From positions 1,472,001 to 1,536,000 of the forward strand of contig CAVSCK010000004.1 of NCBI GenBank assembly GCA_963726455.1: DNA of 64,000 nt, given 5' to 3'. The stretch's first letter is position 1; every line of letters starts with the position of its first letter. Below, in pieces: positions 42,234-51,272 of the stretch. The stretch is from an uncultured bacterium. GTDB taxonomy: Bacteria; Zixibacteria; MSB-5A5; CAIYYT01. The translations under genes and the position numbers were made by a program. The notes beneath the pieces were generated by a model. That model saw only the letters and a program-made list of their open reading frames with translations. It ran no database searches and was not told the origin of the DNA.

Positions 42234-42406
42234 GTCGCGACTAAAGTCGCTCCTACATTCCGGTCAGATCACGCGTCCCCCTACTCTGTAGGAGCGACTT
42301 TAGTCGCGACTGCTGTGTGTGCGATGACCCGCGTAGGGGCTTGGTCTCCAAGCCCGCCGGATCCATCGACACGCAACAATCGGGCAAGGAGACCTTGCCC
42401 CTACGC
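42234..42406. repeat. Two inverted pairs of GTAG-type REP elements
   Basis: Perfect 24-bp inverted repeat at 42234-42257 and 42287-42310 (tgtaggagcgactttagtcgcgac). Second pair at 42331-42355 and 42382-42406 shows compensatory changes. Confidence 0.8.
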
Positions 42407-43012
42407 GCTGTATTCCCCTCTTGAGAGGGGATTAAGGGAGGTGTCATTCCTGTGTCCGCGCCACCCTCTGTGTATCGTGACACCACCACATCATCGCACC
42501 GGTGTCCCATCCGCTTTAGCGGGTGGGTTTCGTATGTCTGTAGCTGTCAACTACAGAACAGTTCACACCGTCGGAGGGAACCCAGTAATAGAGCGTATCG
42601 CGACAACCGCGAATCCGATCAACTTTGCTACCAGGGCGAACAACTGCGAAGTTGGTGGCTCAATGGAGGAGCGTCCCCTTATCCCCGCAACACGTTCCAG
42701 CTCTTCGGCACACTTGACGGATGGTTTGATGCCAACGTTGCCGCCAGTGTTTTTCCCAGTACGGGATCGATTCATGCGCCGCGCCTGTCCTCATCTTATC
42801 ACCCGCTTACTCTTGTCATTCCCGCGCAAGCGGGAATCCAGGCTTATTTCAACGGTGCGAATCGAAGTGAAAACACGAACGGGAACCTGTCACCAAACGG
42901 GCCAGCCATCCGCCGGCAGGAGCTGACGGCCCAGGTTCGCTTGGTCTTTGACATCGCGAATTGTAATGATTCGCGCCATAATTAGAGCGCACTGCCGTGC
43001 GTGACTACCCGT

Positions 43013-43277
43013 GCGGCAGGCGAGGACGACTGCCGCGCACTGCAGTACGCCTGGATTCCCGCTTGCGCGGGAATGACACGGTGGATGCGGACGCGGCAGG
43101 CGAGGACGACTGCCGGGCACTGCAGTACGCCTGTATTCCCGCTTGCGCGGGAATGACATGGTGGGTGCGGATGCGGCAGGCGAGGACGACTGCCGCGCAC
43201 AAGCAGGTACCGTCAGGAAGGGGTTCCTGACTGCTCGTGGAAATACGTCTGGATTCCCGCCTGCGCGGGAATGACAC
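43013..43277. repeat. 80-bp tandem repeat (~2.3 units) carrying GGATTCCCGC...GCGGGAATGAC palindromes
   Basis: gcggcaggcgaggacgactgcc at 43013, 43093 and 43173; further palindromes at ~42815 and ~43250. Confidence 0.85.
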
Positions 43278-43311
43278 CGGTCAAGTTACTCGATGTTGGC
43301 GATGACGGTCA

Positions 43312-43701
43312 TCAGTCAAGGTACGCGATGGCGTCGATTTCGACCATGACGTCCATCGGGAGTTTGGCGACCTGGACAGTGGCACGTGCCGGACAATCGT
43401 GCGTGAAGTGGCGATTGTAGACCTCGTTCATCGCTTTGAAGTCGTCCATGCTCTTCAGGTAGACGGTGGTTTTGAGCACTTTATCCATCGCCGAGCCGGC
43501 GGCGGTTAAGATGGCGGTGACATTTTTCAGGACGCGGTCGGTCTGTTCGACGATACCACCATCGACCAGTTTGCCGGTGGCGGGATCAAGCGGTATTTGC
43601 CCGGACACGAACACCAGTTGTTTGCAGTCGATGGCCGTTCCCTGCGAATAGGGGCCGATGGCTTTGGGGGCGAGTTCGGTGGCTATGATCTTCTTGGACA
43701 T
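43312..43701 (-). CDS. ridA: RidA/YjgF enamine-imine deaminase
   Basis: APKAIGPYSQ, VSGQIPLDP, PARATVQV, VEIDAIA. Confidence 0.95.
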   Translation of the reverse strand: MSKKIIATELAPKAIGPYSQGTAIDCKQLVFVSGQIPLDPATGKLVDGGIVEQTDRVLKNVTAILTAAGSAMDKVLKTTVYLKSMDDFKAMNEVYNRHFTHDCPARATVQVAKLPMDVMVEIDAIAYLD

Positions 43702-43859
43702 AATTTCTCCTTTTGGTTGCAGCGGTCGGTGCGACCGTCAAATCAGCTACGAGGGGAATATAAGAATGAAGCGCGGGCGCGGCAATGTTAGTGTTTGGGC
43801 GTCAGGTCACGCTCGTGGGATGAGCTAAGACCTGACACAACTCTTAATGCACGGCGGCG

Positions 43860-44852
43860 TTAGTATTTGTTCATGGGGCTTTCGGGGCCCATGAGAATGG
43901 TGAATTCGCGCAGCATCTGGCCATCAAAGGAACCGGGTTCGCTGTGCATCATTTTGAGCGCCGGGAAGGTCTCGATCGCGGGTTGGTAGACGCGTTCGGT
44001 CGTGAGCGCATCGAAGACATCGGAGATGGCGACCAACTTGCTGAACGGATGCAGGTCGCGTTCGTCGATGCCGGCGGGGTAACCGCTGCCGTCGAACCGT
44101 TCGTGATGTTGCAGCACTGGATAGTATGACTCCTCCGGTATCAGATCGGTTTCGCGCAGAATTTCGCTGCCCCAGTTGGGATGCTTCTTCATGATCTCGA
44201 ATTCGGAACGGTTCAGCGACGTGCGTTTGTTCAGGATGCGTTCCGGCACCTTGCTCTTGCCGACATCATGCAGCAGCGCGCCGGTGCCGAGGGTAATCAG
44301 TTCGTCATGTCCGCCGATGCCAATCTGCCGTGCCAGCGCGATCGAGAAGGTGCAGACGTTGACCGAATGCGTGTAGGTGTAATAATCGAATGACGTGATC
44401 TTCATCAGATTGAGGAACGCCTCGCGCCCCTTGAGGATGTAGTTGATTGTATGTTCGACCAGGTCCTGGCTGCGGCGGATATTGTCGGAATAGGTCGGAT
44501 TGGAGAGCACTTCCTTGACCAGCGCCTGCGAGGTGCTGTATAGAATGGAGGCCTTCTTGACCTCCTCGACTTTGGGATCGGCCAGGAGTTCGGGCAGGTG
44601 CTCCTCGATATATTGCTGGTATGCCTCCTTGGAATCATAAGTGATATAGATTGTGGAGACATGGTTTTCCAGAAGCTTCTTGCGTGACAGGTCGGAGAAC
44701 GGTAAAGACTTGGCGCGGTAGAGAACGAGTTCCTTGCCGGTGTGGATATAGATATCGAAATACAGTATCTTATCGATTCGCAGTGAATCGACCTGCACCG
44801 GCAAGAAGGCCGGATTCTGAGACGAAGTGCGCTTCTTAGTTAGACTTAGCAT
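43860..44852 (-). CDS. HD-GYP cyclic-dinucleotide phosphodiesterase
   Basis: YTYTHSVNV, LLHDVGK, HHERFDGSGYP, DVFDALT. Confidence 0.92.
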   Translation of the reverse strand: MLSLTKKRTSSQNPAFLPVQVDSLRIDKILYFDIYIHTGKELVLYRAKSLPFSDLSRKKLLENHVSTIYITYDSKEAYQQYIEEHLPELLADPKVEEVKKASILYSTSQALVKEVLSNPTYSDNIRRSQDLVEHTINYILKGREAFLNLMKITSFDYYTYTHSVNVCTFSIALARQIGIGGHDELITLGTGALLHDVGKSKVPERILNKRTSLNRSEFEIMKKHPNWGSEILRETDLIPEESYYPVLQHHERFDGSGYPAGIDERDLHPFSKLVAISDVFDALTTERVYQPAIETFPALKMMHSEPGSFDGQMLREFTILMGPESPMNKY

Positions 44853-44905
44853 AATACAGATACTCTATTCCTATGATATCGACAGACAGGGGACGCTTCT
44901 GCAAC

Positions 44906-44938
44906 AAAAAGGCCGGTCGGTGTGATTCACCGACCGGC
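44906..44938 (-). terminator. Rho-independent terminator of the 206-aa gene
   Basis: gccggtcggtg/caccgaccggc stem followed by a T run on the minus strand. Confidence 0.78.
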
Positions 44939-44975
44939 GAGCCAAAGGAGGGGCAACGGGCTGTGAAATGGAAAC

Positions 44976-45596
44976 TTAGCTGCCGTAGCTCTTGACCAGC
45001 ATCATCACCGACTGCAGTGACGTGCTGATATTCGAAAGAGCTTTGGAGTATCTTTTCAATAATTCCGAATACTGCCAACGCATCGAGAACGCCTTTTCCG
45101 GAAATTCGAACAGGTCGAGCAGAGTCTTGCGATAGATTTCGTCCAGATAGCGGACGACGTAATAGCTGTATTCCGGGACGTCTTTATCGTCCGCATTGCC
45201 TTTGCTCAGCCTGTCGCGATAGGCCTCCACCTTCTCCAACACTACCGTTCCGAAACACCAGGGAGTCATCACGACGCCGAAATTATTGGCCTCGGTATAG
45301 AAATCGTAGATGGTCTTGAGCAGAGTCTCGACGACTTTGCGCTTGGCATAAAGGAAAGCGCGGAGTTCCTGCTGATATGGCTGGAGCTGGGCTTCCTTGG
45401 CCTTGGCGTCCTGAAGTTCACCCAGGGCGCGCTCTTCCACGCGTTCCAAGAAGGCATAGTAGTCGTCGAAATAGACCTTGACGTTTTCGCTGAGAGTATA
45501 GGTGAAATAACCACCGTCGTCATGCTTGACCCGCGGTTCGACGCCTTTACCGAATCTCGCTTCCGAAAAACCTTTTTTCATTTCCGCAGATATCAT
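44976..45596 (-). CDS. Hypothetical helical protein (206 aa)
   Basis: Clean ORF with AGGAG RBS, own promoter and terminator; no family recognised. Confidence 0.8.
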   Translation of the reverse strand: MISAEMKKGFSEARFGKGVEPRVKHDDGGYFTYTLSENVKVYFDDYYAFLERVEERALGELQDAKAKEAQLQPYQQELRAFLYAKRKVVETLLKTIYDFYTEANNFGVVMTPWCFGTVVLEKVEAYRDRLSKGNADDKDVPEYSYYVVRYLDEIYRKTLLDLFEFPEKAFSMRWQYSELLKRYSKALSNISTSLQSVMMLVKSYGS

Positions 45597-45639
45597 GTCG
45601 ATCTCCTTCCGTCAATGTCGTGTCCGACATGAGTACTAC

Positions 45640-45654
45640 GCAAGGGGTGTGCCA
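45640..45654 (-). promoter_or_regulatory. Sigma-54 (-24/-12) promoter
   Basis: Minus strand reads TGGCAC-ACCCC-TTGC, an exact consensus match about 45 bp upstream of the 206-aa gene. Confidence 0.75.
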
Positions 45655-45819
45655 GAGTGACGAGCACGGGGGCAGTCAATAGCTGACGGCGTAAGGCGTT
45701 GACCGTGAATCGGTTAGGAGAGCGCGTCCAGAAGCCCGTCGTAAAGTGTTTCAGATTAGTGTGACGTTGTTTGCAGACATTTCACGCTGCGAGACACGGG
45801 GCCAAGGACGGTGTATTTG

Positions 45820-45848
45820 TTGACTCTGGTTTGGAGGGTCGGTACATT
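45820..45848 (+). promoter_or_regulatory. Sigma-70 promoter for ruvX-mltG
   Basis: TTGACT-17 nt-TACATT, with 6 nt before the ATG at 45855. Confidence 0.55.
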
Positions 45849-45854
45849 CACGCG

Positions 45855-46286
45855 ATGTTTGAGAAACGGATTGTCGGCATTGATTATGGGCGCAAGCGAA
45901 TCGGCATCGCATACTCCGATCCGCTGCGAATTACGGCTCAGCCGCTGGCGACGGTTATCGTCAAAATAGAGGGCGAGGCAGTCAAGAAAGTCTGTGAAGT
46001 GCTGGCACGGGAGGATGTCGAACTGGTTGTGGTCGGCCTGCCGGTGTCGTTGTCGGGCGGAAAGGGCGGACAGATGGCGGACGAAATCCGGAAGTTCGCA
46101 CAGGGACTGGAGAGAAGTGGCTACAAGGTGGTGTTCGAGGATGAGCGGTTCACGTCCGCAGAGGCAATGGCGACCATGCGCCGCGCCGGCAAGAAAGAAA
46201 AACAAATGCGGGGCAAGACTGATGTTATTGCGGCGCAGTTGATCCTGCAGGACTATCTGGATTCCCTTCCAAAGCAGATGCCGTGA
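45855..46286 (+). CDS. ruvX: YqgF/RuvX pre-16S rRNA nuclease
   Basis: IVGIDYGRKRIGIAYSD, VVGLP, DERFTS, D..AAQLILQDYL. Confidence 0.95.
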   Translation: MFEKRIVGIDYGRKRIGIAYSDPLRITAQPLATVIVKIEGEAVKKVCEVLAREDVELVVVGLPVSLSGGKGGQMADEIRKFAQGLERSGYKVVFEDERFTSAEAMATMRRAGKKEKQMRGKTDVIAAQLILQDYLDSLPKQMP

Positions 46287-47380
46287 AGAAATTTCTCTCA
46301 CTGCTTAAGTGGTTTGTGTCGACGACGCTGATATTTGCGCTGTCGCCGCTGGTGTTGGTTGTATCACTGATTGAGATAATTGTGAGCGGATCGACAATAA
46401 AGAGAATTCTGCTGGGACTGGCAGTCATTGTAGTTGTGGCAGCCGTGATCGCTTATTATCAGACGCAGCGCAAAGTCGGTGATCCCCTGAAAGATTATGT
46501 GGTGCTGGTGCATCCGGAAGATAACGCCGCCAATGTTTATGTGCGGGTGATAGCCAGCGGCCTGCCGGTCAACAAGTGGCTTTATTCGTGGTATATGCGC
46601 AGCACCAAGGTGGACAGACAACTTAGGCCGGGGCGGTATCATCTTAAAGGCGGACTCACCAATTATCAGATTGTAATAGCCTTCCGTGACAGCAAGCCGG
46701 AGTTGAGCAAAGTGACCATTCCGGAGGGATGGTCGATCAGGCAGATGATACCGGTGTTGGCGCGAGAGATTCCGACCGACTCGGTGCAACTGCGCCGATT
46801 GCTGGCGGATCAGAATTTCCTGCGGAGTTTCGAAATCGACGCGCCGGGATTCGAGGGATACCTGTTTCCGGAAACGTACACGTTCTTTCCATACGAGGAT
46901 GCGCGCACGATCATAAGCGAAATGGTGCGGACATTCCGTAAAGAAGTCACTCCGGATATGATGCAGCGTGCCAAGGATCTGAAGTTGTCGCTGAACCAAG
47001 TCATCACGATGGCATCACTGGTCGAAGCCGAAGCTGCGGATGGCAAAGAACGGGAGTTGATTGCTTCCGTGTTTTACAACCGTCTGCGTCTGGGTTGGAA
47101 GCTTCAATGCGATCCGACAGTGATCTATGCATTAGGCGGGCTCGACCGGCCGCTATTACGCAAAGACCTGGAGTTTGATTCGCCTTACAACACTTACCTC
47201 TATTATGGCCTGCCTCCGGGGCCGGTCTGTTCGCCGGGATTAGCGTCAATCAATGCCGCGCTCTATCCGGCGACCACGAATTACACTTACTTTGTCGCCA
47301 CGGGCACGGGGCAGCATGTGTTCACGGCATCGCTGGAGGAACACAATCGCGCGACGAGCCGGGTAAAGCGGAATTGGTGA
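46283..47380 (+). CDS. mltG: Endolytic transglycosylase MltG
   Basis: VTIPEG, EGYLFPETY, ASLVEAE, LQCDPTVIY, SPYNTY..GLPPGP. Confidence 0.95.
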   Translation: MKKFLSLLKWFVSTTLIFALSPLVLVVSLIEIIVSGSTIKRILLGLAVIVVVAAVIAYYQTQRKVGDPLKDYVVLVHPEDNAANVYVRVIASGLPVNKWLYSWYMRSTKVDRQLRPGRYHLKGGLTNYQIVIAFRDSKPELSKVTIPEGWSIRQMIPVLAREIPTDSVQLRRLLADQNFLRSFEIDAPGFEGYLFPETYTFFPYEDARTIISEMVRTFRKEVTPDMMQRAKDLKLSLNQVITMASLVEAEAADGKERELIASVFYNRLRLGWKLQCDPTVIYALGGLDRPLLRKDLEFDSPYNTYLYYGLPPGPVCSPGLASINAALYPATTNYTYFVATGTGQHVFTASLEEHNRATSRVKRNW

Positions 47381-47415
47381 GGGAAGTGTCAGGTCTCGCC
47401 CCCGACTTCGTCGTG

Positions 47416-47737
47416 GGCTAAGACCTGACACAACACGAAACCCGCCGCAAGCGGATGGGGCACCCGGGCGTTGATGACGGGCTCGCTGACCTACGGAATC
47501 TTGTTCCGTCAGGATAGGAATCCTGACGGCGCGGAGAAGGTGTCAGACAGGAATGTCTAACCTACCGATTTGGCTAAGACCTGACACAACACGAAACCCG
47601 CCGCAAGCGGATGGGGCACCCGGGCGTTGATGACGGGCTCGCTGACCTACGGAATCTTGTTCCGTCAGGATAGGAATCCTGACGGCGCGGAGAAGGTGTC
47701 AGACAGGAATGTCTAACCTACCGATTTGGCTAAGACC
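47416..47737. repeat. 156-bp tandem duplication of a multi-palindrome unit
   Basis: ggctaagacc at 47416, 47572 and 47728; each unit carries aaacccgccgcaagcggatggggcaccc and ccgtcaggataggaatcctgacgg. Confidence 0.88.
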
Positions 47738-47890
47738 AGACACAGCTAAGAAGAGACGATGTGTCAGGTCACGCTCGCGGATCGAGCTAAGACCTGACAC
47801 AACTATTCAGACAGAGAAAAAACCCACCGCAAGCGATGGGGCACCTTTGTCATCGAAGGATTTGCTGCAGCAAGTGGCACGAGCGTGAGA

Positions 47891-47919
47891 TTGACAACTG
47901 GCGGGCAAAAGCATACCAT
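47891..47919 (+). promoter_or_regulatory. Sigma-70 promoter for the EamA transporter
   Basis: TTGACA-17 nt-TACCAT, with 6 nt before the ATG at 47926. Confidence 0.6.
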
Positions 47920-47925
47920 GCGCGG

Positions 47926-48804
47926 ATGAAAGTTGCGGTCTATGTCCTGCTGTGTCTCATCTGGGGTTCGACCTGGACCGGTATCAAGATGGGGCTGGAG
48001 GACGCGCCGCCGATTTGGAGTGCGGCGATACGGTTTATCCTGGCGACGGCTCTGCTTTGGCTTTTCAACCTCATTTCGAAGCGGCAGTACCCCAGCGGCT
48101 GGCGCAACAAGTGGCGCGTGGCCTGGCCGGGAATCTTTACGTTCTTCGGCTCCTACACTTTGACTTATCTCGGCGAAAACTATATCACTTCCGCACTGGC
48201 GGCGATTCTATTTGCGGTGATGCCCTTCTTTATTATGGGTCTGATGCCTTTGATGCTGAAATCGGAACGCGTGGATCGGCGATCGGTTGTCGGTGTGCTG
48301 GTGGCATTTGTCGGCGTGGTGATGATCTTTTCCGAACCGACGGAGGCGGGGTCGAATTCGCTACTAGGGATGATCTTGTTGTTACTCTCCCCTATCTGCG
48401 CCGCGATAGGCGCGGTGACGGTAAAGGCATATTTGCATGATGAACCGGTGTTTCCGATGGTCACGCTGCAGATGGGACTCGGCGCGTTGTTGCTCACGGT
48501 GACGGCGCTGATCTTTGAACCGTTGAGTGGGTTCAAGTTCACGAAAACCTCAGTCGGCGCCATTGTATACCTGGCGGTGTTTGGCTCGGTCATCGCGTTC
48601 AGCGGATACTACTGGCTGCTGCAGCGAGTGCGCCTGATCACCATGTCAATGGTGGCCTTGATTACACCGGCGGTCGCGATGTTCGTGGGATTCATCCTGC
48701 TCAAGGAAGTCCTGACGATCGGCGATTATACAGGAGCCGTGCTGGTTCTGGTTGGAGTGTTGATTGTAGACCTCAAGCTGGCGCAAACAACAAGCTCTGC
48801 ATAG
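47926..48804 (+). CDS. EamA/DMT-family transporter
   Basis: LIWGSTW, PPIWSAAIRF, YLAVFGSVIAF; about 10 TM helices. Confidence 0.92.
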   Translation: MKVAVYVLLCLIWGSTWTGIKMGLEDAPPIWSAAIRFILATALLWLFNLISKRQYPSGWRNKWRVAWPGIFTFFGSYTLTYLGENYITSALAAILFAVMPFFIMGLMPLMLKSERVDRRSVVGVLVAFVGVVMIFSEPTEAGSNSLLGMILLLLSPICAAIGAVTVKAYLHDEPVFPMVTLQMGLGALLLTVTALIFEPLSGFKFTKTSVGAIVYLAVFGSVIAFSGYYWLLQRVRLITMSMVALITPAVAMFVGFILLKEVLTIGDYTGAVLVLVGVLIVDLKLAQTTSSA

Positions 48805-48842
48805 ACAGAACTGCGTGCTCGGAGGGGTGGCGAGTGACGGGT

Positions 48843-49436
48843 TCAAATACGGTTGCTGCAGTAGCGGCAGACCATCGCTTCTTTCTTGATAATTTCCGCA
48901 CAATATGGGCAGCGTTTTTCGTCAGGCCGCAGGCGCGGCAGATGCGGTTTTTGATAACGTTTCAGTGATTCCACCGCTTTGTGCGCCGCCGCCGCCGCGG
49001 CAGTACCGGAAAATTCAAATACTGTGTTGCGCCGCATGGCATGGTTGTCATCCCAATCGATCACCACGCAATATTCGTTCTTGAGATCGCTTTCAGATTT
49101 GTTGACGGCGAACGCAGAGAATGTGAGGTCTTTGGGCGCTGTCAGACGCTGAAGGGTTTTGTCCTTCTCATCATAGAAGACGTCAATGATGCCATTGCGG
49201 GGGATGCGTCCCAATTCCTGGTCATGGTCGGCAAGGAAAAGATAGGCCGCCTCGCTGATATTGCAGTCGACCAAATCCACGCTTTCGAGGGCACTCGGAA
49301 AACCGGCGAGATAGGTACCGACCGGGAATTTGTCGAGCACGCCCTCTTCCTCATCGCGGCTCTTGCCGGCGAAGTAGAGCGCCACAACAACGATGACGGC
49401 GATTAAGACGACCAGTAGAATCGCGACGGTATTCAA
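48843..49436 (-). CDS. Membrane-anchored protein with C-terminal zinc ribbon
   Basis: N-terminal TM; CPYCAEIIKKEAMVCRYC; upstream TTGACT-17-TATCAT. Confidence 0.8.
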   Translation of the reverse strand: MNTVAILLVVLIAVIVVVALYFAGKSRDEEEGVLDKFPVGTYLAGFPSALESVDLVDCNISEAAYLFLADHDQELGRIPRNGIIDVFYDEKDKTLQRLTAPKDLTFSAFAVNKSESDLKNEYCVVIDWDDNHAMRRNTVFEFSGTAAAAAAHKAVESLKRYQKPHLPRLRPDEKRCPYCAEIIKKEAMVCRYCSNRI

Positions 49437-49722
49437 TTCGTACGCTCCGGGCTACAGACTCACCGGCGAAATGATAGGCGAGTGGGAGAGGGCAGTCAAT
49501 GTAAAATTGGAGTTGGTGCGACTGGAAACACAGCCCTTTAGTTCCCCTCTTAAGAGGGGAAAACAAGCGTCGGCTCAGAAATGAGTGGTAGGATAAACAT
49601 TCTTGTTTGTCCCTGAGGTTTGGTGTCAAGTGGTCAGACCGGAATGTCTAACCTACCGGGCTGCATTTGAGAGTCAAACAGGAATGTTCAACCTACTGGG
49701 CTGCGTTAGCATGAAATTTGAA

Positions 49723-50859
49723 CTACTTCGGGAAACGGCGGAGCTTGTCGATCAGGGCATCGATCTCGTCGGTCGTGTTATAGAAATTGACGGCGACACG
49801 AACACCGCCTTCGCGAAAGACGAGATAGAAGTTTTCGCTCAAGAGGTATTTCCAAAGCTGGTCTCCGGCGGGCGAACCAATGGAAATGATCGACGAGCGA
49901 TGCTTCGATTCCAACGAGCTCTTGAGGTAGTAGTAATCGCTGGTCTTGAGATATTCCACCAGTCGGTCGAGCAGCGCCAGATTGTGCCGGAAAATATTTT
50001 CGACGCCAAGACCGTTGATATATTTCAGCGCGGCCGACATCGCCCAGATTTGCATAAAGGGATAAGTGCCGGTGTTGAAACGGCGGGAATCGGCGAACGG
50101 TTCGCGGTCGAAGTGACGGAGGTCGGTGAACTTCATCTGCCAATCGACACCGAGCCAGCCGGTTGACAGCGACTTGAGTTGACGTTTCGCATCCTTGGAT
50201 AAGTAGAAGAAGCCAGATCCCAGCGGCGACAGCAGCCATTTTTGTGCGCCACAGGCAAGCAGGTCAATCTGGCATTCGCGTACATTGAGCGGACAATGAC
50301 CGAGTCCCTGAATGGCATCAACTACAAAGAAGATATCATGCTCGCGGCAGAATTCGCCGATGGCCATGAGATCATTGCGGAAGCCGTTGAAATACTGAAC
50401 GTAGCTGACCGCCAGCACGCGCGTGCGCGGGGTCACCAGTTTGCGAGCTTCATCCAACGAGAAATTGTTATCTATCGACGGAGCATACTTGAGCAGCACG
50501 CCATCCTGTTCGAACACTTTGAACGGATACGGCACTGACGGGAAATCGTTGTCGGCAAGAATGACTTCATCGCCCGGTTTGAGGCCGAGACCCGTCGCCG
50601 CGATATTGATGCCGATGGATGTGTTGAACGCATAGCCGATTTCGTCGGCGTCAGCACCGGTCATCTTCGCGGCTTCGTCCCGCACTTGTTGCAGATAATC
50701 CATCGATTCATGGTCGGGCTGGCGGAGATTGTAGACCTCCTCCCAATACTGATCAATCTTCTCTTTGACTGGTTTCAACATGGGGGCATAGGAAGCGTTA
50801 TTGAAGAAGATTTTCTTGTCCAGACCTATAAAGTCGTCACGTACGCGTTTGTCGATCAT
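49723..50859 (-). CDS. Class V PLP aminotransferase / cysteine desulfurase-like enzyme
   Basis: FNNAS, NTSIG, VDAIQGLG, GAQKWLLSPLGSG, RVAVNFYNT. Confidence 0.9.
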   Translation of the reverse strand: MIDKRVRDDFIGLDKKIFFNNASYAPMLKPVKEKIDQYWEEVYNLRQPDHESMDYLQQVRDEAAKMTGADADEIGYAFNTSIGINIAATGLGLKPGDEVILADNDFPSVPYPFKVFEQDGVLLKYAPSIDNNFSLDEARKLVTPRTRVLAVSYVQYFNGFRNDLMAIGEFCREHDIFFVVDAIQGLGHCPLNVRECQIDLLACGAQKWLLSPLGSGFFYLSKDAKRQLKSLSTGWLGVDWQMKFTDLRHFDREPFADSRRFNTGTYPFMQIWAMSAALKYINGLGVENIFRHNLALLDRLVEYLKTSDYYYLKSSLESKHRSSIISIGSPAGDQLWKYLLSENFYLVFREGGVRVAVNFYNTTDEIDALIDKLRRFPK

Positions 50860-50870
50860 GATGGTACTCG

Positions 50871-51272
50871 CTAGTAATGATAGGTATAGGTGATCGAACC
50901 GATCACCAGAAGCAGAGTCAGCAGACTCCAGAAAAGGTCAAAGGCGGCAATCACACCCGGAAGTTTGTATTGATTGAAGTTGCGAATATGCATTGGCAGC
51001 ACGCCGACTCCGAAAATGAATAGTCCGATGAACAGGCCGCTACGATAACTGGTGAACGGCAGCACCGGAAAGAATCCGGCATAAACAGTCACCGGCAACA
51101 TCACCACAAATACGAAATTTACGAGGAACGGCTGGGTAAACTGGACGACAATTCTGTCTTCAGGCGAGTATTTGCGGGCCAGCGGTTTTTGAATCAGCAC
51201 GCGCAAGATTTCCAGAATCAACAACATTACGCCTGCCACGAGAATAGTCAATAACAAGCGGCCGGTGGTCAT
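50871..51272 (-). CDS. Hypothetical four-TM membrane protein
   Basis: Hydrophobic segments; abuts both neighbours in an operon. Confidence 0.75.
   Translation of the reverse strand: MTTGRLLLTILVAGVMLLILEILRVLIQKPLARKYSPEDRIVVQFTQPFLVNFVFVVMLPVTVYAGFFPVLPFTSYRSGLFIGLFIFGVGVLPMHIRNFNQYKLPGVIAAFDLFWSLLTLLLVIGSITYTYHY

Noticed and set aside
42021-42985. ORFs of 301 and 177 aa
   Set aside because: They run through REP palindromes and have no recognisable domain; likely spurious.
43013-43277. Possible CRISPR array
   Set aside because: The sequences between repeats are near-identical rather than unique spacers, and there are no cas genes. It is a tandem palindromic repeat.
44844-44871. dif-like site (ACTTAGCATAA-TACAGA...)
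   Set aside because: Only one arm resembles the consensus, it overlaps a start codon, and the skew polarity is opposite to a terminus.
47416-47737. Possible CRISPR array or structured RNA gene
   Set aside because: It is a whole-unit 156-bp duplication built from dispersed repeats, with no tRNA or riboswitch signature.
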